DNA of 63,927 bases, filler included, from Pseudomonadota bacterium (GTDB taxonomy: Bacteria > Desulfobacterota > Desulfobacteria > Desulfobacterales > JBDRRP01): assembly GCA_043825735.1 (NCBI GenBank). It is 7 parts of 7 records of this genome, joined end to end, with 100 filler letters (N's around TTAATTAATTAA, not from the genome) between each part and the next. Parts side by side here need not be neighbours in the genome. Positions count along the whole stretch, not along the records: positions 6,975 to 28,611 come from JBDRRP010000012.1; 6 more parts are not named here. One strand, 5' to 3'. A program made the position numbers and the translations under genes. Within the stretch, counting starts at the first letter, position 1. Each line of letters begins with the position of its first letter. Positions 9,901 through 21,700 of the stretch are shown here, in pieces. The notes beneath the pieces were generated by a model. The model was not told the origin of the DNA. It ran no database searches and saw only the letters and a program-made list of their open reading frames with translations.

Positions 9901-12900
9901 TCGGACAAAGCGAAGACGATCTGGTCCACCTGAAGCAACACGTCGCCAACGGCCGGAGCGGTGCTTTGCAGGGCCGGCGCTGTCGTGTCCAAAATATCAG
10001 GCATGGTTTCGCTGTCGGCATTGTTGCTTTCATCGGTTTCATCGATCGCGGCACCGCTGTCTGCCGTTGCCTGGATTGTATGGATGCCGATCACCGTCGA
10101 CCAGGTCTGGTTGACCACCACACTGTCGCCGGCGGCGATCGTCTGGCTCACGGTCTGGACGCCAATGCCGACGCCGTCGATAAAGAATTGTACCTGGAAA
10201 GGATCTGCGACCGGACAAGTGCTGTTGTTTTGGACAACGGCGGTGAATGTCACCTCCTGACCTGCTTCCGTTGCCGGTGCAGGTTCCCAGGAGATGCCGG
10301 TCACCACCAGGTCGGGTTTATAGGTGGTAAATTGCCACAGCGAGCCGGCGGTCTCCTGCCCCCGGGCATCCCGGGCGATAACCTTCCAGTAATAGCGTGT
10401 TCCCGGGCTTAGCGCGTTCTTTGAAAATGTCGTTGCGCTGAGACTGTCGGCGACTTTGGTGATGCCCGCTTCCGTAGCCCCGAAATATACATCATAGACC
10501 AACACGTCATTGGGATCCGAATCGATACCGGTCCATGACAGCGTTACGGCGTCACCGCTCATCGGGACTTCAACGGCCTCATGGGCCGGGTCGGGATTGG
10601 AAGGAATACTCGGCAGCGTATCTACGATGAAAGAAAAACCATACGCCTGGGCATTTCCGGCATCGTCGGTGGCGGTCAGGGTAACGGTGTAGGTGCCGCC
10701 CGGTAGAGACCCGCCGGCTGGCATGAAGGTGAATGCATCATTGGACTCGGTCACCGTTCCGCCCACGCTGCCACTGCCGTTAACAACGGCGATGCTGCCG
10801 ATGACGGCCGCATCATTCACACTGCCATAGCTTTCGGAAAGGGTAATGACGATCTGCTCACCCTGCTGCAACAGGGCGCCGTCGGCCGGGCTGGTGCTTT
10901 GCAGCGCCGGGGGCGTCGTGTCGGCAATAACGGGCATGATTGCGGCGCGTCCGTTATTGCTTTCATCGATTTCATTGACGGCGGCGCCGCTGTCGGCGCT
11001 TGCCTGGACGGTATGAATACCGGTCAGGCCCGCCCAGGTCTGGCTGACCTGAACGCTGCCGCCCGCGGCAATGGCCTGGCTTACCGTCTGGGCACCGATA
11101 CCGGTGCCATCGATCATGAATTCGACATAGAAGGGAATCGCTACCGGACAGTTGCCGCTGTTTTGGACAACGGCGGTAAAGGTCACCACATGACCGGCCT
11201 CGATATTGATGGCCGGTGTCCAGGATAGATCTGTCACGACCAGGTCGGGCCTGAAAGTGGTGAACTGCCATACGGGTCCGCTGGTCTCATGGCCGAAACT
11301 GTCACGGGAGACAATCTGCCAGTAGTAGTGTGTGCCAGGGGTCAACGCGGTCTTCGAATAAGTCGCGGCGCTGATGCCGTCAGCAACCTTTGTGAGGCTT
11401 CCGGCCTCGGTCCCGAAATACACATCGTAGACCAACGGATCGGTGGGAGTGGGATCGCCCCCGGTCCACGACAGTGCGGCGGATCCGCTGCTCAGCGTGA
11501 CTTCAACGGCCTCATGGGCCGGATTGGGAGCCGAAGGAATATTCGGGGGGCCGTCCACGATAAAGGAGAAGCTGTAGGCCTGTGAATTTCCGGAATCGTC
11601 CGTCGCAGTCAGCGTGACTGTGTAAGTGCCGGCCGCCATCGGTTTTGCAGCGGGATCGAAGGTGAAAACGTCATTTGATTCGGTGACAGCGCCGGAAACC
11701 AGATTACTGCTGCCATCCCTGACCGCGATGCCGGCGATTACGGCGGCATCGTCCACTTCGCCTTCTGCGTCATGAAGGGTGATGGCAATCTGATTGACTA
11801 TTGCTGATACGGAACCGTCGACAGGCGCGGTGCTTTGCAAGGCGGGCGGGGTGGTATCTTCTACCACGAATATCAGGTCCAGATACCCCACGTTCCCGGG
11901 GCCATGGACATGCATCGGGAATACCCGTTGATAGTTGGTCCCATCGCCGATCTGCCCGTAACCATTGTTCCCCCAGGCCCATACCGTTCCGTCCGACTGA
12001 AAGGCCATGCTATGAACAGATCCCCCGGCGATGGCAATCATATCCGTGAGATAAGAAACCTGGACGGGAACGCTTTGACTCATCGTCGTTCCATCGCCAA
12101 GCTGTCCGTACCAGTTTCCCCCCCAGGCCCATACCGTTCCGTCCGACTTGAGCGCGAGACTGTGATAATCTCCGCCGGCGATGGCGACCACACCCGTGAG
12201 GCTGGAAACCTGGACCGGGACCGGTCCATCACCTTCCCCCCAGGCCCATACCGTTCCGTCCGACTTGAGCGCCAGGCTATGATAATAGCCTCCGGCAACG
12301 GCAACAACACCTGTGAGATTGGAAACCTGAACGGGGGTCGTTCTGGTTGTCGTCGTGCCGTCGCCGAGTCGGCCGTCATAATTGTAGCCCCATGACCATA
12401 TCGTTCCGTCCGACTTGAGCGCCAGGCTATGAGAATAGCCTCCGGCGATAGCAATCACATCTGTGAGCGCAGAAACCTGAACGGGGGTCGTTCGATATTC
12501 CGTCGTCCCATCACCGAGCTGACCCTCATCATTGTAGCCCCAGGACCACACCGTTCCGTCGGATTTGAGCGCCAGGCTATGCGCATAGCCGCCCGCGATG
12601 GCAATTGCATCCGTGAGATCGGAAACCGGGCCGGGGGTCGTTCGATATTCCGTCGTCCCGTCACCGAGCTGACCGTATTCGTTGTACCCCCAGGACCATG
12701 CCGTCCCGTCCGACTTCAGCGCGATGGTATGCGCATATCCGCCGGCGATGGCAATTACATCCGAGAGGTTTGAAGCCTGAACGGGAGAGGTTCTGGGAGT
12801 CGTCGTTCCATCGCCAAGTTGCCCCGCTTCGTTCCGACCCCAGGACCAAACCGTACCGTCCGAATTGAGCCCTATGGAATGATAAGCGCCTGCAGCGATG

Positions 12901-15900
12901 GCGGGCGGTTCGCTCGTCGCGGGAAGACCCGTCAGGCTGTTCACGACAAAGGAGAAAGTATCGGCCCGGGTATTTCCGGCCATGTCTTTTGCAGTCAGTG
13001 AGACGTCGTAGGCGCCTTCCGCCAGTGGCCTTGCAGCGGGGGTGAAGATGAATTTATCGCTTGATTCCGTCACTGTCCCGGGCACGGTGCCGCCGCCAGT
13101 TGTCACAACAATACTACCGATAACGGCATCGTCATCCACAATGCCGTCGTTGTCATACAGGGTGATGACGATCCGATTGACAATCTTTAATGTGGACCCG
13201 TCGACCGGGGCGGCGGATAGCAGCTCGGGCGGGGTGGTGTCTTCAGCGGGCGGTGTTAATACCAAATACTCCCCATCGTCCTGCCCATGGACCTGCACTG
13301 GGATTGGGCTTAATTCATATGCTCCGTTCCCTAACTGCCCGGCCCAATTGCCCCCCCAGGCCCAGACCGTTCCGTCGGACTTAAACGCAAGGTTGTGATT
13401 TCCGCCGCCGGAGATGGCAACCACATCGGTGAGATTAAAGACCTGAGTGAGGGTCGTGTCAAAATACACCCACTCCCCATCATTAGGAGGAATGGAATAA
13501 CCGGCCCCCCATGCCCATACCGTTCCATCCGATTTAAGCGCGATGCTATGACTATATCCGCCAGCGATGGCAACCACATCGGTGAGATTAGAAATCTGGA
13601 CAGGTGCCGCTCCGTCTACGACCTCCCCATCACCGAATTCTCCCTCTTTTAATTCCCCGCCGCCATACTCCCCGTCGCCAATGCCTCCCCAAGTCCATAC
13701 CGTTCCGTCGGATTTAAGCGCTATGGAATGATAACTGCCGCCGGCGACGGCGACAATATCCGTGAGGCCGGAAACCTGGACGGGTGTCGAGCTGTCTGTC
13801 ATCGTCCCGTCACCCAGCTGGCCGCGGTCATTGGCTCCCCACGCCCATGCCGTGCCATCCGATTTAAGCGCCAGGCTATGATGATCTCCGCCAGCGATGG
13901 CCATCACATCTGTCAGATTTAACACCTGGGTGGGCGTCGTGTTAAAGTAAAACCACTCCTCCCCGCCGGGTTGAATGGAATAGTCGACTCCCCACGCCCA
14001 TACCGTTCCATCGGATCTGAGCGCCAGGCTATGGAATTCACCTGCGGCGATGGCAACCACATCTGTCAGATTTGAGGCTTGAACAGGGTCTGGGCTCTCG
14101 TCTCTCCTCCCATCGCCAAGTTGACCGAAATCATTATCCCCCCAGGACCATACCGTACCATCCGACTTTAGCGTGATGGTATGGTCACTTCCGCCCGCGA
14201 TGGCGATCACTGCAGATAGATTCGACTTCTGGACGGGTATCGTATGATATGTCGGCCCCCCCTCCCCGCCATAAAGGTCGGGAAAATCGCGTCCCCAGAT
14301 CCACACCGATCCGTCCGTATCCAGCATTATGGACTGTTCTCTTCCTGCAGCTATCGCCGGTCTCTCGGCGTTTTCGACAATGGCCAGTACCGCCGTGCCG
14401 GGGCTGCCCAGGGCGGCGCCGCCGACCGGGTTTGCCAGGGACACATTAATCGTCTCGATCCCCTCGGCATATAAATCGTTGAAAATCTTGACGGTGAACG
14501 TCTTGCTTTCTTCTCCTTCGGTAAATGTCAGCGTTCCTGCGGCAGCCGTGTAGTCGACTCCGGACTCGGCGGTGCCGTCACTGACTTGATAATCGACCGC
14601 AACCGTTCCAATGGTGCCTCGGGTGCGCAACACGGTGACATCGATGCGGCCGCTGTTCTCATCACCCAAATAGGTGGCCGTACTGAATTGCAAAATGCCA
14701 GGTCCGCTGTCGACGACGACGATCGTATCACTTCCCGAAACCCAGCCGGCCGCCGAAGCCGTGACGGTCACAGTTTGGTCTCCGTCGACCTGCGCGTCAT
14801 CGATTATCGTCAGCGAAAAGGCGGCCGACGTCTGTCCGGCCGGAATGGTTACGGTGTCCGGAACCGTAATTTCAGAAGTATCATCGGAGGTCAGATTGAC
14901 GACCAGGTCCAAGGGGTAAGTGCCGGCAATGGATACCGAAGCAACGGATACCTGGCCGTCGCCCTCGATGGCGCTGTCGGGAATTGTGACAGTCAAATTC
15001 AGGGTTTCGTTGTCCTGAACCCTGACCAGGCCACTGGCGCCGGTCCAACCTGCAACCGATGCCGTGATGGTTGCCACCTGATCGCCGTCGATCTCGTTGT
15101 CGTCGATAATGGTCAGATCAAATGTGGCCGAGGTCTGCCCTGCGGGAATGATCATGGTTTCGGGTACCGCGACTTCACCGGTATCATCCGAACTTAAAAA
15201 AACAGTCACGTCTTCATCGACAGGGGTGCTGACCGTCACGGTGCCCTGCCCTGAAAGCAGGCCATCGCCTTCGGAAGCACTGAGCGGCACATCCACGCTC
15301 AATGTGGCGGTTTCATTGTCATGCACCGTAATCATCGCCGTGCTGGAACCGAACCCAGCGGCTGACGCCGAGATCGTCACCGTTTGGGAGCCGTCAAGCC
15401 ACGCATCGTCCACAATGGTGAGATCAAATGAGGCGGATGTCTGACCCGCCAAGATGGTTACGCTGGCCGGCAGCGTGACTTCCGAAGTATCGCCCGAGGA
15501 CAACGATACGGTCAGGTCTACGGAAGGCGCAACATCGACCCTGACGAGACCCTGCCCGCTGAGAACGCCATTTCCTTCTGCCGCGCTTTGGGGAATAGCA
15601 ATGGAAAAGGGGATGAGGTTCAGAAATCCCACGTCTTCGAAACCATGAACTTGCACTGGGACTAGACGGCTGTCGCCATCGCTTCCGTCACCGATCTGGC
15701 CAGCCCAATTGTCTCCCCATGCCCATACCGTGCCGTCCGGCTTAAGGGCGAGGTTATGATAACCTCCGCCAGCGACAGCGGTGACATCTGTTAGGTTAGA
15801 AACCTGAACGGGTATCGCACTACCTGTATCCGTCCCATTGCCAAGCTCACCGTCCCAATTCGCTCCCCAGGCCCATACCGTGCCGTCCGACTTGAGCGCT

Positions 15901-16805
15901 ATGATATGAGAATCACCGCCAGCGATTGCAGCGATATCTGTAAGATTTAAAACCTGAACAGGGGTTGTTCTGTTTGGTGCGGGCCCATCACCACCCTCAC
16001 CATCTTCACTATACGCCCACCCCCAGGACCACACCGTACCGTCCGACTTAAGCGCGGCGGTACTATTATACCCTGCCGTGATAGAGATAACATCTGTGAG
16101 ATTTAGAACCTGGACGGGCGTCGCACTCTCATCCGTAGAGCCATTACCAAGTTGGCCATAATAATTGTACCCCCAAGACCATACCGTTCCATCGGATTTG
16201 AGCGCTATGCTATGCCGTCCGCCCCCCGCCACCGCAATAATATCTAAGAGGTCAGGGACTTGAGCGGGTATCGCTCTATAATTTGTCTCATCATCGCCAA
16301 GCTGCCCACTGTAATTATCCCCCCAGGTCCATACCGTTCCATCCGATTTGAGCGCTATGCTATGATAATCACCGCCAGCGATTGCTATGACACCAGTAAG
16401 ATTTTGAACCTGAACGGGACTCTCGCTATTCTCATATTCGCCATTACCAAGTTCGCCTTCTTCACCGTACCCCCAGGAAAATACCGTTCCATTTGATGTG
16501 AGCGCTAATGTATGTTCCCATCCGCCGGCGATGGCAACAACATCTGTGAGACCTGAAACCTGGACGGGCGTCGGGCTATCTGCTGGCGTCCCATCACCAA
16601 GCTGCCCACTATAATTGGCCCCCCAGGTCCATACCGTTCCGTTCAATTTGAGGGCAATGGAATGATCGCCGCCGCCGGTGATGGCCGGCGCCGCGGCATA
16701 ATTCTTCTGAACCCATATCCCTTGCAGGATCATGAAGGTAAAAAATGCGGCTACAAAGACCGTCAGCTGTCTTGATTTGACCGATTGGCCGGCAAGGTGC
16801 GCCAT
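6975..16805 (-). CDS. Giant secreted protein (>3270 aa, C-terminus missing): three RCC1 propellers, Calx-beta, Ig-like, Fn3-like and CARDB repeats
   Basis: Signal peptide; many [24 protein letters not shown] repeats; Calx-beta (LQFS..VTVLRT.G..GTL.F..GE); five PDLVVT CARDB modules; AGGAGA RBS before the ATG at 16805. Confidence 0.9.
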
Positions 16806-17123
16806 GGTTTCAGTTCTCCTGAAAAAGTACACGTCCTGTTAGACAATTACTTCAAAATATAAAAAGTACTGGATCCTCGTCTTCCGCCTTCGCCAAGGCT
16901 TCGGTGGACAAATCGCGGGGACGATACTGCCCGGAATGCCGGGCTTAAAACCTAACTGGATGCCGGATCGGGGTCCGGTATGACAACCTAAAACCTTTTC
17001 TGGATGCAGGCCTTCGGCGGGCGGGGGTAAACCCCGCCCCTACATTTTCAAAGGTACCGGGCAGCGTAGGCCTCTGTTTGAGGCGCCCCCTCCCCTGGCC
17101 CCTCCCGCAAGGGGAGGGGGAAA

Positions 17124-17927
17124 TCACGGTTGAATTGTCTTTGACGAAATACCTGCGCTTGGCGGCACGATGCCGCAGCCGGTGCAGGATTCTCTTTTCG
17201 TTTCTTTGGCGGCCGGATCGTTCAGCAGCGCCATGTGCTTTTGATATTGGCCGTAGCCTGCCGCGCCGCCGGTTAAAAACAGCGCGTCCCCTGCCCCGGC
17301 GTTCTCAATGACGGTCAAAATCTTCACCGCGTCGTTGCCTTTCGGGGTGACGATGAGCAGCGGCCTTTTAAGGCCGGCCAGGGTCTTTCGGATGGCGGCG
17401 GCATCTGTCAACGGCAGGTGCCGGGCGCCGGGAAACAATGCTTCGGTATCGGCATCCCGCCGGGGGGAGACATCGACGACCACCCAGCCGGCAGCGGATT
17501 TCTCACGGTCGTAGTCGCCGGCCGAGATCTGCCGGTAGCCGGCCAGAAGGCTCAGATCACCGGTGAGCGGGGCGCCGCTTCGGTGCCAGGCGGGGAGTCC
17601 GCCGTCCAGCACATAGGCGCGGGTGCCCTGGCGCTTGAGCTCGCCGCAGGCGGTGAGCGGGGCACTCAAATGAATGCCGTCGGTCACCATGACTACCGTT
17701 TTCTTCTTTAAAAACGTCTTGGTCCGGATGAACGCGGGGGCGATATTGATGGATCCGGGGATGTGAAGGGTCTCGAACTCTGCGGCCGGTCGCACGTCCA
17801 CGAGCTGGACGTCCGGCTTTCGCTTTTCTATGACGTCTTTCACCGATACGCGGTAGTCGGCGGCGTTCGCCAAAGGAACGCTTATCGCCCAGACGATGAG
17901 GGCGGTTATGATGTTTTTAAAAATCAT
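17124..17927 (-). CDS. Exported tandem rhodanese-like domain protein
   Basis: Signal peptide ending ANA; LVDVRP..F...HIPGSINI and YVLDGGL.AW; second degenerate domain; C-terminal CTGC. Confidence 0.8.
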   Translation of the reverse strand: MIFKNIITALIVWAISVPLANAADYRVSVKDVIEKRKPDVQLVDVRPAAEFETLHIPGSINIAPAFIRTKTFLKKKTVVMVTDGIHLSAPLTACGELKRQGTRAYVLDGGLPAWHRSGAPLTGDLSLLAGYRQISAGDYDREKSAAGWVVVDVSPRRDADTEALFPGARHLPLTDAAAIRKTLAGLKRPLLIVTPKGNDAVKILTVIENAGAGDALFLTGGAAGYGQYQKHMALLNDPAAKETKRESCTGCGIVPPSAGISSKTIQP

Positions 17928-17986
17928 TATCGCAAAACCTTTTCTGGATACCGGCGTTCGCCGGTATGACGAGCTGAAAACCATCA

Positions 17987-18201
17987 TCTCGCGCAGAGGC
18001 GCAGGGACGCTGAGAACTGCTAATCAAGAATTAAAAAATGAACTTCCAACATCGAACGTTGAACGCTGAACATCGAATGTAAAACCCATAGACAGCCACC
18101 AGATAGAGTCTTTCGCTGTTCGTTTTTCATTCATCCTTCGACGTTGGACGTTCGATGTTCGACGTTCGTTTTTCTCTGCGCCTCAGCGCCTCTGCGCGAG
18201 A
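17987..18201. repeat. Nested palindromic element, copy 1
   Basis: Outer arms TCTCGCGCAGAGGCGC / GCGCCTCTGCGCGAGA; inner inverted heptamer arrays (AACATCG)n / (CGATGTT)n. Confidence 0.9.
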
Positions 18202-18458
18202 AATCTCTTTTGGTTTTCTTGGCGTTCTTGGCGTCTTTGCGCGAGTCATCGGTTTTCGCTGTTTCTGTCATCCCGCCGGAAGGCAGGGGTCCAGAGGTAG
18301 CAAAAACCTTCCGGATACCGGCCTTCCGCCTTCGCTATAAATAGCTACGGCGGACAGGTCGCCGGTATGACGAGCTAAAACCCAGTGAAACCAACACCCC
18401 TTTCATCCGCAGATGGCGCAGATTAGAAGGATTAGCGGCCTGCGGCCGCAAACCATAA

Positions 18459-18663
18459 TCTCGCGCAGAGGCGCAGGGACGCTGAGAACTGCGATCAACA
18501 TGAACTTCCAACATCGAACGTTGAACGCTGAACATCGAATGTAAAACCCATAGACAGCCACCGGATAGAGTCTTTCGCTGTTCGTTTTTCATTCATCCTT
18601 CGACGTTGGACGTTCGATGTTCGACGTTCGTTTTTCTCTGCGCCTCAGCGCCTCTGCGCGAGA
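18459..18663. repeat. Nested palindromic element, copy 2 (direct repeat of 17987-18201)
   Basis: Near-identical to copy 1 apart from a net 10-bp indel region and a few substitutions. Confidence 0.9.
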
Positions 18664-18730
18664 AATCTCTTTGTTCTTTCGTCTTCCCGGCCCCGTTTTG
18701 CAACGGGGTAAACTGCGGCCGGAATCCAGT

Positions 18731-21700
18731 CTACTCCGTCGGAATATCCACCGGCAGGCTTGCGCCGCCGGTGACGGTGACTGCCGGCGACCAGAATTGC
18801 TGGCCGCCGAAGTCGGCCCGGAACTTGTACGCTCCTGCCGGCAGCACGAAGGCCACATGGCCTGCGGCGCCGGTCAGGGCGTTCTGGTTGAGATAGCTGC
18901 CGGCGCCGGTAAAGACGTAGACCCGGGCGTTTTCCACCCCGACTTCTCCCTGCAGGACGATCACGTCGGCCTCGCCGTGGGGGATGGAGACGGCGACGTT
19001 CTGCTGGTTGAAGCTTGCCGACCAAAACTGCTGGCCCATGTAGTCCGCCCGCGCCTTGTAAAGGTTGCCCGGCAGGCTGAAGACCACCGTGCCCTCGGCA
19101 CTTGTGATCAGGTTCTGATTCTGGTAGGCGCCGCCGGCGGTGAAGAGATAGACCCTGACCCCGGCCAGCGGCTCGGCGGCAAGGTGGTACTTCTCAATGG
19201 AGACGGAGACGTCCTGGTGCGCGATGGTGAAGACATTGGACAGCGTCACCGGAACGTCAAACACCGAGGTCCAGTACTGGTAGCCCAAATGGTCCACGCG
19301 AATCTTGTAGCTGCCGTCAGCCAGGGGAAAAGAGACCTGCCCCTCGCTGCTGGTGACCTCGTTTTTACCAAGATAGGCCCCGCCCGCTGTAAAAACGTAG
19401 CAGCGAGCGCCCGTCAGCGGCGTGTTTTCACCTCTGAGCACGGTGAGGGCAAAGGTGCCCCCGCCGGTGTTGACCTCCACCGGATTGTCCATATCCGCCG
19501 CAAGGCTCTGCGGGCTGCTCCAGAACTGGCTGTTCTGGTAGTCGGCTCTAAAATTGTAGTCGCCGGCCGGCAGCCGGAAGACAACCTTACCGTTGGCAGC
19601 GGTGGGCGCGTTCAGATTGAGATAAGCCCCGGCTCCGGTGAAGACGTACACCGGCACTCCGGCCAGCGGCGCCCCGCCGCCGGTGACGGTGATGGTGGCA
19701 TCGGCCATAGGCACGTCCACCACAAAGTCTTCACCGGTGACCTCCTGCGACCAGAACTGCTGCCCCATGAAGTCGGCGCGCACCTTGTAGGCCTGCTCTG
19801 GCAGATAGAAAGCAGCGGTGCCGAGAGAATCTGTCGGCACCACCCGGTTCTGGTAAGCGCCCGCGGCGGTAAAGAGATAGAGGTTCACCCCCGCCAGCGG
19901 CGTGCGCACCCCGTCGTAAAGACCGCTCACCGTGGCCGTGGCCATCTGGTGGGCGATGGTAAACTCGGCGGCCAGCGCGGCGGGCACTGCGTGGTCATTG
20001 GTCCAGAACTGGTAGCCCAGATAGTCCACCCGAATGTCGTAGACGCCGCTGGCCAGATCGAAAGTGACCACCCCCTCGCTGCTGGTGGGACCGAACATGC
20101 CGAAATAGGCGCCGGTATCACTGAAGACGTACGCATTGACGCCCACCAGCGGGGTGTCGGCATCCTTTTTAACGGTGAGGGCGAATGTGCCGCCGCCGGC
20201 GGTGATGGCGACCGGGTTGGCCACGCCGGCCGCAAGCGTTGCCGGATCGCTCCAGTACTGGCTCGCCTGGTAGTCGGCGCGGAATTTGTACCCGGTGTCC
20301 GCCGGCAGGCGGAACGTTACATGACCGTCGCCGTCGCTGGCGGCAGTGAGATTCAGATAGGCCCCGGCCTCGGTGAAGGCATAGACCGGCACCGCCGGCA
20401 GGGTGATGGTGCTCCAGCCCACGGTGATAACCGCATCGGCCATGGGTATATCCACGTCGGCGTTTTGGGCGGTAAAGACCGGCGACCAGAACTGCCCGGC
20501 CAGGTAGTCGGCCCGGACCTTGTAGGCCCGCTCGGGCAGGTGGAATACGACCTGGCCGGCGGCATCGGTGGTGAGATGCTGGTTCATGTAGGCGCCGGTC
20601 TCGGTGAAAAGATAGGCCTTCACGCCGGCAACCGGAGTGGCCTGGGCCATCACGCCGCTGACCTCCACGGTGACGTCCTGGTGGGGGATACTCAGGTCCA
20701 CGGTCGTGTCGGTGGCAACCAGGGCGTCGGCGCTCCAGAACTGGTAGCCGAGATAGTCGGCGCGCACCTTGTAATTTCCTTCGGGAGTCAGAAAAGCCAC
20801 CCGGCCGTTGGCGTCGGTGACCAGGTTCTGGTTCAGATAGGCGCCGGCAGCGGTGAAAAGATAGACCCGGGTGCCTTCCATGGGCAGGCCCGGAGCTTCC
20901 TGGACGGTGACGGTAAAGGTGCCCCCGCCGCTGGCCACCTCGGCCAGGTTGGCGCCGGCCGCGCTCACGGCGATCTGGCCCCAGTACTGGTGGCCCATGA
21001 CGTCCGCCCGGAATTTAAAGGTGCGGTCCGTGGGCAGATCGAACGTCACCTGCCCGTTGGCATCGGTGAGCACGTTGATGCCAAGATAGGCGCCGGCCTC
21101 GGAGAAGAGGTAAATCCGCACGCCGGCACCGTCGCCGGCTCCGGAGACATCGACGGTGACCGTTTCTTCGGCGATCACCAGAGAGACCGTTGCCACGGGA
21201 AGCAGTGTATCGGCCGACCAGAACTGTCCGCCCAGATAGTCGGCGCGGAACCGGTAGCGGCCTTCGGCAAAATCTTCGACCAGAAAAACGGCCGCGCCGG
21301 TTTCATCCGTGACGGCGTTTTTACCGGTGTAGGCGCCGGCTTCGGTAAAAGCGTAAATTCTGACGCCGGAGAGCGCGCGGCCTTTGTCGGTCGTTACATT
21401 GACGGCGATCTGCGCGGGCTCCAGAGTGCTCAGATCGCGGATGAACAGCGCCGCGGCCGCCGACCAGTCGCCTGCGGCGCCAAGGCTGTCTTCAGCCCGC
21501 ACCCGCCAGTAGTAAAGGGTGTTGTTTTCAAGGGCCGGGTCTGCCTGCCAGGCGGGCGTTGCCGCCGCCCCGGAGGCTACGGGCAGCAACAGGTCGGCAT
21601 CGGCGAAGACTTCGAAGGCGTAGGTGACCCCATCGCCCTCCGGATCCAGGGCCGGGGCCGCCTCGAGAAGCGGTGCACTGGCCGAGGCCCAGGCGCCGTT

